The notes under the pieces are model-generated. The model had not been told where the DNA came from, did no database searches, and saw only the letters and a program-made list of their open reading frames with translations. Position numbers and translations under genes: made by a program. Positions 1 to 9,953 of a DNA stretch of 64,000 nt are shown piece after piece. The DNA comes from an uncultured delta proteobacterium (GTDB lineage Bacteria; Myxococcota; Myxococcia; Myxococcales; Anaeromyxobacteraceae): the NCBI GenBank assembly GCA_963845515.1, contig CAWJSR010000035.1, forward strand, positions 1 through 64,000, written 5' to 3'. Every line of letters begins with the position of its first letter. Position 1 is the stretch's first letter.

Positions 1-701
1 ACCACGAAGCGATCGACCCGTGCCGTCCCCGAGACGAGCGGCTCCCCGTGGCCGAAGACCGCCTCGATCACCTGCTCGGTCTCGCGACCGGTGAGCGGGT
101 TGACGGTGAAGAGGACGCCTGCCGCGTCCGGATCCACCTGGCGCTGGACGACGACCGCCATGCCGGGCGCCGACTGGGCGCCGCCGAGCGCCCGGACGTA
201 TGCGGCGATGCGCGCGGTGAAGAGCGACGCGAGGCACCGGCGAACGGCGGCCAGCGCCTCCGTCTCTCCCCGGACGCCGAGCACGGTCACGTACTGGCCG
301 GCGAAGCTGGCGTGCGTCAGGTCCTCGAGCGCACCCGACGAGCGAACGACGAGCACCCCTTCCGCCAGGAGGTGCCCTGCCACCGCGCGCAGCGCGTCGA
401 CGAGCGAGTCCGGCACCGGGGCGGCCTCGATCCGCGCCCGGACCTGATCCAGCCAGCTCTCCTCGTCGGCGCCGGCGGGCCCCGCGGTCCGGCGGCGAAG
501 CTCCTCCGACGCGCCGGCGACGCCCCCCGCCTCCAGCAGCAGCCTGCAGGCATCGGACGTCACGACCGCGCCGTCTGGGACCTCGAACCCGCCCTCGATG
601 AGCGCGCCCAGCCCGCGCGCCTTCCCACCGACGAGGGCCGGGGGGAGCGCGCCCGCCCTCGCGAGCGGGAGCACCATCGGGAGGTCGTTCGTGTCGTTCA
701 T
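1..701 (-). CDS. PEP/pyruvate-binding (ATP-grasp) domain protein, PEP-synthase / rifampicin phosphotransferase-like; runs off window start
   Basis: Not in the ORF track. Manual minus-strand translation from ATG at 701 (ATGA overlap with the stop of the UbiA-like gene) gives MNDTNDLPMVLPL...LVGGKARGLG...VRSSGALEDLTHASFAGQY...MAVVVQRQV...AGVLFTVNP, which are PPDK_N motifs. Confidence 0.88.
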   Translation of the reverse strand, partial: MNDTNDLPMVLPLARAGALPPALVGGKARGLGALIEGGFEVPDGAVVTSDACRLLLEAGGVAGASEELRRRTAGPAGADEESWLDQVRARIEAAPVPDSLVDALRAVAGHLLAEGVLVVRSSGALEDLTHASFAGQYVTVLGVRGETEALAAVRRCLASLFTARIAAYVRALGGAQSAPGMAVVVQRQVDPDAAGVLFTVNPLTGRETEQVIEAVFGHGEPLVSGTARVDRFV

Positions 702-1654
702 GGCCCCAGCAGCGTGAAGAGCAGGAACCCGAGGCCGGCGACGAGGGAGTAGCCCTCGACCGCCGGGCGCAGGCGCCTCCCATTCGATGGAGACGGCCGG
801 AGCCTGAATGTGACGGCCGCCGCGATCGGCAGAAGGGCTGCCGACGCGACGAGCAGCCCGTAGCCGCGCCCCAGGCCCGCGCTCCCTCCGGCGACGGCGA
901 GGAGGGCGGCCGAGGTCGCGGTCAGGACGGCAGGCACGATCGCCGCGACGCGCCAGCCGAGGACGGACGACCAGGTCTGGTAGGACGTCTCCTCCCCCGG
1001 CGTCCTGACCTTGCGGCCGATCTCCCAGGCAGCGATCGGCAGGTAGAGCCCGAGGAGAAGTGCGGCGACCGGCAGCGCCGGCGGAGGCGCCCCGGCCGCC
1101 CCGGCGCCGACGGAGACCGCGAAGCCCAGGAAGAGGAGCGCGAGCGGGTTGTGGGTCGCGAAGGCGAGCGGCAGGCTCCTCGCCATCGGAGGGTAGAAGA
1201 ACCAGCGGGAGGAGAGCCACGCGGCGACGAACGAGAGGCCGCCCAGCAGCACCGCGGCCGGGGGCTGGAGCGCGAGCAGCAACCCGAACAGCGCCGCGAT
1301 CGCGACCTTGAGCCCGTGCAGGTCCGGCGCGGTCACCCCGCCGGACACCTGGGGGCGGGCACCGAAGCGCGGGTCGCCGGCCTCCGCGAGCCGCCGATCC
1401 GTCTCCCAGTCCTTCAGGTCGTCGGCGACCCTCAGGTAGAGCGCGAGGAGGACGCCCGACGCGACGCCAGCCACCACCGGAGGAGTGATCGGGAGAGGCC
1501 CAGGACGCGCGAGCGAAGCGCCGCCGGCCTGGGCGGCGAGGGCGAAGACGGTCGCGCCGGCGAGGTCAGCGGGGCCGAAGCGTGCCCACAGGTACCCGGC
1601 GACGCGCGCCGCGCGGCCGCTGGTCGTCCGACCGGGATGGGGTGCTGCGGCCAC
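698..1654 (-). CDS. UbiA-superfamily prenyltransferase-like integral membrane protein
   Basis: Multiple hydrophobic helices; Asp-rich motif LRVADDLKDWETD followed by RP; later WEIGRK...YQTWS segment. Confidence 0.7.
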   Translation of the reverse strand: MAAAPHPGRTTSGRAARVAGYLWARFGPADLAGATVFALAAQAGGASLARPGPLPITPPVVAGVASGVLLALYLRVADDLKDWETDRRLAEAGDPRFGARPQVSGGVTAPDLHGLKVAIAALFGLLLALQPPAAVLLGGLSFVAAWLSSRWFFYPPMARSLPLAFATHNPLALLFLGFAVSVGAGAAGAPPPALPVAALLLGLYLPIAAWEIGRKVRTPGEETSYQTWSSVLGWRVAAIVPAVLTATSAALLAVAGGSAGLGRGYGLLVASAALLPIAAAVTFRLRPSPSNGRRLRPAVEGYSLVAGLGFLLFTLLGP

Positions 1655-1703
1655 GCTCCATGGTAACCGCTGGAGAACCCGCCCCGCGAGCTATCATCGG
1701 GCC

Positions 1704-4329
1704 ATGCGCATCGTCCTCGACGAGGCGGCCGCCTCCGCAACACCTGCTTCACTGGGAGGCAAGGCGACGGGGCTCGTGGAGCTGGCCCGGTGCGGACTGC
1801 CGGTGCCGCGCTGGTGCTGCGTCACCGCCGAGGCGGCGGCCGCGGTCGTCGCGCGCGCGCAGGGGGAGCTCGACGCCGCCCTCGCCGCGCTCCCCGGGGC
1901 GGCGGCCGAGCGCGCTCCGTTCACGGCAGCGGCTGCGCGCGTCGCCGCGGCAATCCGGGCGGCGCGGCTCGACGCCGAGGATTCGCGCGCCCTCGCGAAG
2001 GCCGCCTCCGGGATGCTCGGCGGCGCCGGCACGTTCGCCGTCCGCTCGTCCGCCGTCGGCGAGGACTCCGCGAGCCACTCCTTCGCCGGCCAGCTCGACT
2101 CCTTCCTTCGCGTCGCCCCGGCCGAGCTGGAGGAGCGCGTCCTCGACGTCATCGCCTCCGCCTACGGCGAGCGCGCGCTCATCTACCGCAGGCTTCACGG
2201 GCTCCCCCTCTCCCCGGTCCGCGTGGCGGTCGTCGTCCAGGACATGATCGAAGCAGAGCGGTCCGGAGTGCTCTTCACCGCCAACCCGACCACGGGAGAT
2301 CGCGGGGAGGCGATCGTGGCGGCGGCGCTCGGCACCGGCGAAGGGGTCGTCGCCGGGACGGCCGAGGCGGACGTCCTGTACCTGGAGCTCGCCTCCGGCA
2401 CCGTGCGCCACCGAGTCGTCGCAGGGGCGTCGCCCATCCTCTCCGACGCGGACGCCGCGCGGCTCGTCGCGGGTGGACGGCGGCTCGCGGAGGCGGCCGG
2501 CGCGCCGCGCGACGTCGAGTGGGCCATCGACCGGTCGGCCGCGCTCCACTACCTCCAGTCGCGGCCGGTGACCGCGCTCGCCGGTGGGCGAGAGACGGTC
2601 TTCGACTCGGCCAACATCGTCGAGAGCTATCCCGGGGTCACGACGCCGCTCACGTTCTCCTTCGTCCGCCCGGCCTACGAGCGGACGCTGCGGGAGGCCT
2701 CGCGCCGCTTCGGCGTCCCGGAGTCGACCCTCGCGCGCGAGCGCGCCGTCCACGCCAACCTCGTCGCGCTGGTCGACGGCCGGATCTACTACGCCATCCT
2801 CAACTGGTACCGGCTCTACCAGCAGCTCCCCGGCTTCGAGTGGACGCTCCCGGCCTTCGAGAAGGCGCTGGGGCTGCCGCGCCGCTGGATCGCCCCCGCG
2901 CCGCCTCCGCGCGGCGTCGAGCGGCTCGAGCGCGCCTGGCTGCACCTCCGGACGTGGGTCCGGCTCGCCGGGCTGCTCCGCCGCCTCGACGGCGACGCCC
3001 GCGACTTCGTCGACCGGCTGGCCGCGGAGCGCGAGCGGCTCGCAACGGTCGATCTCGACGCCACCGGAGCCCACGACCTGCTCGACGAGCTGGACCGGCT
3101 CACCGACCGGCTCGCCGCGCCGTACGCCGTCTCGCTGATCAACGACTTCTTCACCTTCCAGCTCCACGCGCTCGTCGAGAGGCTGCTGCGCCGGTGGGGC
3201 GTGGGCGACGCGGGCGCCGTCCGCGACGCCCTCCTCATCGGGATCCGCGACGTCGAGAGCCTCGCGCCGCTCGCCTCCGTCGCCGCCGTCGCGAGGCTCG
3301 CCGTGGAGCACCCCGCGCTGCGCGCCCTCCTCGAGTCGGAGGCGCCAGCGGCCGAGGTCTGGGCGGAGCTGCAGCGCCTCCCGGAGGCGGCCGCGGTGCT
3401 GGGCTGCATCGAGCTCCACCTGGCCAGGTACGGCGACCGGACGCTGGAGGAGCTGAAGCTCGAGACTCCCAGCATGGTCGAGGCCCCCGAGCAGCTCGTC
3501 ACCGCCATGCGGAACGCCGCTCGCCTTTGGCGCCGGCCCGGCGCGGCCGGGAGCTGCCTCGACGGCTGCTCGCGACGCCGCCGAGGCGAGCGTCCGGAGC
3601 GCGCTCGCCTGGCATCCAGCCAGGCGTGCCCTCTTCGGCCTGGTCGCCCGGCACTGGCGGAGCGGCGTGCGCCGGCGGGAGTCGCTGCGCCTCGCCCGCG
3701 CCGGCGGGTTCGGCCTCGCGAAGCGGCTCTTCCGCGCCCTCGGGCGCCAGCTCGCCCGGGCGGCACTCCTCGACGCTCCGGGCGATCTCCTATGGCTCAC
3801 CGTGGACGAGCTGGACGGCGCCGTGCGGGGCCACGCGATCACCCGCGACCTGAGGGCGCTGGCGGCCCTGCGCAAGGCCGAGTGGAGCCGCTACGAGGAG
3901 CGCGCGCCGCCGCCGCGGCTGAGCGTTCGAGGGATCGTCTCGGCGCGCGCCGACGAGCTGGCGCTCCCGCCGGACGGCGCCTCGCCCGAGCTGCTGACCG
4001 GCATCGGCTGCTGCCCTGGACGCGCCCGGGCACCGGCGCGGGTGGTGCTCGACGCGCGCAGCCAGCGCGTGATCGACGGCGAGGTGCTGGTGGCCTCCAC
4101 CACGGACCCGGGCTGGATCTTCCTGATGGCGGGCGCCGCCGGGCTCGTCGCGGAGCGCGGGAACCCGCTCTCGCACACGGCCATCGTGGGGCGCGAGCTG
4201 GGGATCCCCACGATCGTCGGGGTCGCCGGCGCGACGCGGCTCATCGCCGACGGCGAGCTCGTGGAGCTGGACGGCGCGGCCGGCACCGTGCGGCGGCTCG
4301 GGACGACCGGTCAGATCCCGCGGCCGTAG
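1704..4329 (+). CDS. PEP-utilising dikinase (rifampicin phosphotransferase / PigC-like architecture: ATP-grasp, substrate domain, His-swivel); one frameshift at ~3530-3575
   Basis: LGGKA, AVRSSAVGEDS..SFAGQ, DVEWA, LQSRPVT, NIVESYPGVTTPLT in the first frame; TTDPGW and ERGNPLSHTAIVGRELGIP (phospho-His) in ORF 3667..4329. Confidence 0.88.
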
Positions 4330-5390
4330 AGCGCGTACGCGCGCGTCGCGGGCAGGTGCCGGACGTGGGCGCGGAAGTCCTCGCGCGAGAGGGCCATCAG
4401 GAAGCGCTCGTAGCCGGCCTCCAGCGCGATCCGGCAGCCGAGCGCGGCGAGCCCCCCCGCCGCGGCCCCGTGGCGTGCCTCGGGCGCGAGCGCGATGGTG
4501 TGCATGACGACCCGCTTCGGGAGCGGCCTGGCGGTCCAGCTCCCCCAGCCGCTCGGGTCGCCGCGCAGCGCGCGGACCTCGTCGATCCAGTCGGGCAGCA
4601 TGTAGCCGAACCCCACGTCGCGCCCCCGGGCGTCCTGCACCAGGTAGAGGTGCTCTGGCGGGAGGATGCAGAGGAGCGGCCCGAACAGCATCGCGAGCTC
4701 GCCGATCGAGAACGGCACGTACCCCGGGTAGCCGGCCCAGGCGCGATCGAGCAGCGGGTGCAGGCGCGGAAGCACCTCGGAGGGATCGCGCGAGACGATC
4801 GGCACGAGCCTGAGCCCGCTCCGACCTGCCACCCTCTCGAGGCGCTGCGCCCGAGCCGCGACCGCCGCCCGGTCTGGCTCGTGCGACGCCCAGCGGAAGA
4901 TGGGCGCGAAGCCGGCGGCCTCGAAGTGGGCGACGTAGCGGGGCGGAGTGCGCGGCTCGAAGAGGTACGGGTCGGACGCGAAGCCGGCGACGAGCAGGCG
5001 ATGCGCCCGGTGCGCGCCGCCGTTCATCGGACCGACCGCGCGCGAGCAGCCGCGCGCACGGAGCCAGCCCAGCGCTGCCTCCAGGAGGGCAGCGGCCGCG
5101 GCCGAGTCGTCGGCGCACTCGTAGAACCCGACCTGACCGACCGGCCGCCCGTGCGCGTCGACGAGCCCCGGGTGAACGAGCGCCGCCACTCGCCCCACCG
5201 CGCTCGTGCCGCGCCTGGCGACGAACGGCTGGATCGCTCCGCCGGGCACGGCGGCACCCCCGACCTCGGCGACGATCGAGCTCCGGAAGGGCGGGACGTA
5301 GTCGGCGTCCCCGGCGCGCAGCGCTCCGGCGAGATCGACGAACTCCTCGATCCCCTCCGCCCCTACGGGGTCCACCCTCGGCTCGCCCAT
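4311..5390 (-). CDS. GNAT-like N-acyltransferase (YghO-like)
   Basis: VGRVAA..., VGFYEC.DD...AAALLEAALGWLRARG...VGPM, P..P.Y...FEAAGF pattern; ATG at 5390 after an AGGGAGG RBS. Confidence 0.65.
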   Translation of the reverse strand: MGEPRVDPVGAEGIEEFVDLAGALRAGDADYVPPFRSSIVAEVGGAAVPGGAIQPFVARRGTSAVGRVAALVHPGLVDAHGRPVGQVGFYECADDSAAAAALLEAALGWLRARGCSRAVGPMNGGAHRAHRLLVAGFASDPYLFEPRTPPRYVAHFEAAGFAPIFRWASHEPDRAAVAARAQRLERVAGRSGLRLVPIVSRDPSEVLPRLHPLLDRAWAGYPGYVPFSIGELAMLFGPLLCILPPEHLYLVQDARGRDVGFGYMLPDWIDEVRALRGDPSGWGSWTARPLPKRVVMHTIALAPEARHGAAAGGLAALGCRIALEAGYERFLMALSREDFRAHVRHLPATRAYALYGRGI

Positions 5391-5425
5391 GGCTCGCCCT
5401 CCCTCCCGTGCATGATACTCGTAGC

Positions 5426-7820
5426 GTGAACGTGAACGACGAACGCGGACGAGTGGAGCGGCTCTACGCCCGACTCGCGGCCCGGCCCGCGCCGTTCGCT
5501 GCCGCCGCGATCGCCCTGACGCTCGTGCTCGGAGCAGCCGCAACCCGCGTCCGCCCCGACTTCTCGCTCGAGCAGCTCTTCCCGATCTGGGACGCTGCCC
5601 GCGACGACTACGACCGCTTCAAGGAGCAATTCCCTGGCGAGGACTCCCGGGCGATGGTCATCGTCGCAGCGGACGAGCTCTTCACGCCCGCCGCGCTCAC
5701 GCGGCTGGGGGCGCTCGAGGCGGACCTCGCGAAGCTGCCGCACGTCACCCGCGTCGTCGGGCCGGCCTCCGTGCAGCACGCGGTCGCCACCCCGTTCGGC
5801 CCTTCGCGCGAGCCGGTCCTCCCGCCCGGCCTGCCGGGGCCGGAGCTGGAGCGGCGCGCCGCCGCCGCCGCCGCGGACAGGCTCCTGGGGTGGAACCTCT
5901 TCACCCCCGGTGGCCGGAGCGTCGCGATCCTCGCCGATCTCGATCGGGAGGCGGCGGGCAGCGATCGGGGGCGGCAGGACTTCGTCCGCGGCGCACGCGC
6001 GCTGCTCGCGCGCCACGAGCGGCCTGGCCAGACCCTCACCCTCTCCGGCCTCCCCGCGGTGCGCGCCAGGATCGCGGCCCTCGTGAACGAGGACGTGTCG
6101 CGGCTCGTGCCGGCCGCCGTCCTCGCCGTCCTGCTGCTCCTCGGGCTGGCGTTCAGGACGGTCGCCGCGGCCGCCGCGGGGCTCGCGGCCATCCTCGCCT
6201 CGCTCACCTGGTCCTACGGCGCGCTCGGCCTGCTCGGCTGGCCGCTCGGGATGCTCATGGGCGATCATGCCGGTGGTGGTGGTGATCGTGTCGGTCGCCG
6301 ACACGGTCCACATCGTCTCCGAGCACGCCGCGGAGCTGCGGGCGGGGGCGTCCCCAGCGGACGCGCTCGCCGCGCGCTGCTGGCCGGACGGTGCTCCCCT
6401 GCCTCGTCACCGAGCTGGTGCTCGCCGCGGGCTTCCTGACGCTGGTCGCGGTCCGCATGACGGCGGTGATCCAGTTCGCGATCCTGACGGCCATCGCCAT
6501 GCTGCTCGCGTGGCTCGCGAACGCGCTGGTCCTCCCGCTCGTGCTCCGCGCCCTCGTCCGCCGGGCGCCGCCGCCCCGCCCTGCCCCGCGCCCCATCCAG
6601 CTCGCCGGCGACGTTGCCGGGTGGATGGCCCGCCAGTCGATCGAACACCCCCGGCGGATCCTCGCGGGCGCGGCGCTCGTGCTCGCCCTCGCCGCGCTCT
6701 TCGCCTCCCGCGTCCGGATCGAGTACCGCGTCTTCGACGACCTCAGACCGGGCTCCGACATCGCGGCGGAGATCGCCCGCGCCGAGGCTGCGGTCGGCGG
6801 CCTCGTCCCGGTGGCGATCCACGTCGAGGCGGCGGCGCCAGGGGGCGCGCTCGACCCCGCGGCGATCCGGCTCGCGGAGCGGGCGGCCGCCTACCTCCGC
6901 TCGTTCCCGGAGATCCGGCAGGCCAACTCGCTCGCCGACTTCCTCCGCCCGGTCCAGGCGCTGGTCGCCGGGGACGAGCCGGGGACGGGCTCCCGGAGTC
7001 TCCGGAGGGGGCGGCGCAGCTCCTCGCCGCGCTGGGCGACTCGCGCGCGACGCTCGACGTCCTCTCGCCGGATCGGCGCTCGCTCGCGGCGGTGGGGCGC
7101 GCGCTCGACGTGGGTGTCGGGAGGACCGGGGAGATCGTCGCCGCCACCGAGCGCTGGGTGGCGGGAGAGCGGGCGGCGCTGGCGGCGACCGGTGACGCCG
7201 GGCTCCGGCTCTCGGTGACCGGACAGCTCCGGCTCTTCAAGGACGTCAACGACCAGCTGCTGACCGGCCTCGCCGCGAGCTTCGGCGGCGCGATCCTGCT
7301 CTCCGTCCTCCTGATGAGCGCTGCCCTGCGCTCCTGGAGGCTCGGGCTCGTGGCGCTCGTCCCCAACGCGTCGCCGGTGCTGCTGGTGCTGGCGTTCATG
7401 GGGGCGACCGGCATCCCGCTCTCGCCGGTGACGGTGATGGCCTTCGCCATCACGCTCGTCATCGCAGACGACGACACCATCCAGCTCCTGACCCGCTTCC
7501 GCGCGCACCACGCCGCGGCCGCGGCCCGCGGCGCGGGGACGGAGCCCCACCTCGAGGCCACCCTGAAGACGGTCGGCGAGGTGGGGGCGCCGATGCTCCT
7601 CTCCGGCGTCGCCGTCTCGGCCGGCTTCGCCCTCCTCCTGGCGTCGTCCTTTCTCGGGCCGGCCAGGCTGGGGTCGCTCATCGCCGCGACGCTCGCCGCG
7701 GCGGTGATCGCCGACCTCTTCCTAACGCCTCTCCTGCTCGTCCACCTGCGGCCGCTGCGACCGCGCGGCCGCACTGACGGACGCTTTCCCTCTCCCCCAC
7801 CGGGGGAGAGGGAAGGGTGA
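5426..7820 (+). CDS. MMPL/RND-family lipid exporter (about 3 frameshifts, near 6260, 6385, 6985)
   Basis: Two repeats of TM1 + extracytoplasmic domain + TM bundle; VSVADTVH and VIADDDTIQ motifs; LGLVALVPN; pieced from ORFs 5408..6439, 6391..7218, 6267..7820. Start codon uncertain (5408/5426/5432). Confidence 0.85.
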
Positions 7821-7825
7821 GGGGG
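7786..7825. repeat. REP-like palindrome CCCTCTCCC..GGGAGAGGG..GGGTGAGGG (copy 1); may act as a bidirectional terminator
   Basis: Perfect 13-bp inverted repeat TTCCCTCTCCCCC-ACC-GGGGGAGAGGGAA at a convergent gene junction. Confidence 0.7.
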
Positions 7826-7843
7826 CGGCCCCGGTGCGTAACC

Positions 7844-8677
7844 TCAGCGCGGCGCGCGGCCGATCGCCTGCCCGATCCGGACCGGCGTCTCCTCGCCGCG
7901 CGCGCTGGCGGCCAGGATCGCGCGATCCCACTCGACCGCCCCCTCCGGCGCCAGCAGGACCAGCGTCGAGCCGCCAAACCGGAAGAGGCTGCGGGGCGCC
8001 CCCTTCTCGACCCGGACGCCCGGAGGCGCGAGGTGGCGGATCGTGCCGACGAGGAAGCCACCCACGTCGACGAAGACCAGCCGCGCGAATCTCCCGGTCT
8101 CGAGGGTCGTCACGGTGCGCCGGTTCAGGACGTAGAAGGGCAGGTCGTTCCCTGGCCGGGGGCTGACCGACTCGTACCCGCCCGGCACGGGCCGGGGAGC
8201 GGCTGGCACTCCGGCACACGGGAAGAAGAGCCTGTGGCAGTCGGCTGCGTAGAGGCGGAAGACGGCGGCGGCACCGCCCATCAACCCGCGCGCGAGCGCC
8301 GGATCGGCCACGAGCTCCCGCACCGAGAAGGAGACCCCCTTCACCGAGAGCCGGAGCCCCTCGTCGATCGGGCCTACGACGAGCAGCCTCCCGTCGGCCG
8401 GCGAGGCGAGCGAAGACGGATCGGGATCGACCGGACGGGAGCCGGGGAGGAGCGAGCGCGTGAAGAGCGCGTCGAGCGTCGGGTACCCGCCCGGCGGGAC
8501 GAGCGCCTCCCCGAGGTCGATCCCGTAACGCCGGACCATCCATGGGACGAGCGGGCGCGAGAGGCGCGACCGCGCGATCAGGCCGACGAGGGCATGGAGC
8601 AGGCGCGAGCGGGTGAAGAGCGGCCGCAGGAGTCGGCCGATGGAGCTTCCGTAGAGCCAGTCGATGAAGCGCTCCAC
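7844..8677 (-). CDS. psd: Phosphatidylserine decarboxylase-family pyruvoyl enzyme
   Basis: FTRSLLPGSRP, SPADG, DCHR and FRFGGST (self-cleavage) motifs; GTG start at 8677, 7 bp from the upstream stop. Confidence 0.85.
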   Translation of the reverse strand: MERFIDWLYGSSIGRLLRPLFTRSRLLHALVGLIARSRLSRPLVPWMVRRYGIDLGEALVPPGGYPTLDALFTRSLLPGSRPVDPDPSSLASPADGRLLVVGPIDEGLRLSVKGVSFSVRELVADPALARGLMGGAAAVFRLYAADCHRLFFPCAGVPAAPRPVPGGYESVSPRPGNDLPFYVLNRRTVTTLETGRFARLVFVDVGGFLVGTIRHLAPPGVRVEKGAPRSLFRFGGSTLVLLAPEGAVEWDRAILAASARGEETPVRIGQAIGRAPR

Positions 8678-8684
8678 CAGTGCC

Positions 8685-9818
8685 TCACTTCCGAATCGCG
8701 GCGACGACGCAGCCCGAGTAGCCCGGGGTCCGGCAGCGCCGGTCGAGGTCGCGCCCCCGCTCCACGTCGACGACCACCTCGGGGAAGCGTCCCGGCGGCG
8801 GCTCGCGCCGCACGTTGACCAGGTTCGACCACCAGCACGCCCGCGCTCCGGGCCGGGCCACGCGGACGAGCTCTCCGAGAAACCACGTGAACCGCTCCTC
8901 CGGCATCCAGTCGAAGCCGTTGGACAGGTTGAAGACGTCAACGCTCGCGTCCGGCGCCGCTGCGATCCAGGCCTCGACGTCGCCGGTGACCGGCACGAGC
9001 CGATCCAGGCGCTGCCTGAGCCTCGCGGGCGCGCCGCGCCGGAGCCAGGCGGGGCAGCGTGCGTCGTCGGCGTAGGTCCGGCGGAAGAGGTAGTGGAGGT
9101 AGAAGTTGTCGTGGACAGGCACCTCGCGCAGGAAGCGCTCGACCTCCACCCGGAAGCGCCTCGACGGCGAGCCCTCGCGGGCGAAGGCGAAGTGCGCGGG
9201 GTCGAAGGCGCGGTCGAGGACGAAGCGGCTGAAGACGAGGCCGCAGACGGCGCGCCAGACCGGGCCGTTCCACTCCTCCTCGTAGAAGCGCCGCTGCTCC
9301 TCGCCGCCCCTGGACTCGAGCAGCCTCTCGACGCGCCGCGCTCCCTGCAGCAGCCCGACGACCCGCCCGACCGCGTGGAGGTAGCGGTCCTGCCTGCCGG
9401 CGAGGCCGGCGCCGCGGGCGATCACCTCCGGCCTCGCGTCCCAGTACCCTCGCGAGGCCGGAGCCAGCGCCTCCCGGACTTGCGCGTAGAGCGCCGCTCG
9501 ATCACCGCCCTCTCGCAGCCCCAGGAGGATCCAGAGCCCGGGCTCGTCGAGCGCCCGGATCGCCGCTGCCTTGAGCGCCAGGAGCTCCGTCTGGTGCGGG
9601 TTGAAGTCGATCGAGACGACCTCGGCGACGTCGTGGAGCAGGAGCTGCAGCGCGGTGCAGCCGCCGGAGGTGATGGAGAGGGCGCGCTCGCCGGCGGCCG
9701 GACGAAGCCCCTCGTCGACGATCCGCTCGTCCTCCCAGACCGACGAGTAGCCGATGCCGTCGAAGAAGGAGGCGCGCTTCACGTCGCTCGCGGCGGGCGG
9801 GTGCGAGGAGGGCGCCAT
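8685..9818 (-). CDS. BtaA/DUF3419 SAM-dependent 3-amino-3-carboxypropyl transferase-like protein
   Basis: YSSVWED, LSITSGGCTAL, IDFNPHQTELLALK, DNFYL, FNLSNGFDWM are characteristic of the BtaA family. Confidence 0.85.
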   Translation of the reverse strand: MAPSSHPPAASDVKRASFFDGIGYSSVWEDERIVDEGLRPAAGERALSITSGGCTALQLLLHDVAEVVSIDFNPHQTELLALKAAAIRALDEPGLWILLGLREGGDRAALYAQVREALAPASRGYWDARPEVIARGAGLAGRQDRYLHAVGRVVGLLQGARRVERLLESRGGEEQRRFYEEEWNGPVWRAVCGLVFSRFVLDRAFDPAHFAFAREGSPSRRFRVEVERFLREVPVHDNFYLHYLFRRTYADDARCPAWLRRGAPARLRQRLDRLVPVTGDVEAWIAAAPDASVDVFNLSNGFDWMPEERFTWFLGELVRVARPGARACWWSNLVNVRREPPPGRFPEVVVDVERGRDLDRRCRTPGYSGCVVAAIRK

Positions 9819-9953
9819 GGCTTCGTCGAGGAGAGCACGGAACGCTGCACGCCGCCACGGGGCGCTGCGACCGCTGGCCGCGGAAGCGCCTTGTGCCCCT
9901 CCCCGCCTTCCGCGCGGCCCTCGCGTCGGCGACAATCCCGGCGGGAGGGCGGA

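Noticed and set aside
1704..4329. Rifampicin-resistance gene (rph)
   Set aside because: It shares the architecture only; the context is lipid-biosynthetic and no rifamycin-associated operator was seen, so resistance cannot be claimed.
1485..5429. 1314-aa giant ORF
   Set aside because: Real dikinase only from 1704 to ~3550; the remainder is off-frame read-through and antisense of the GNAT-like gene.
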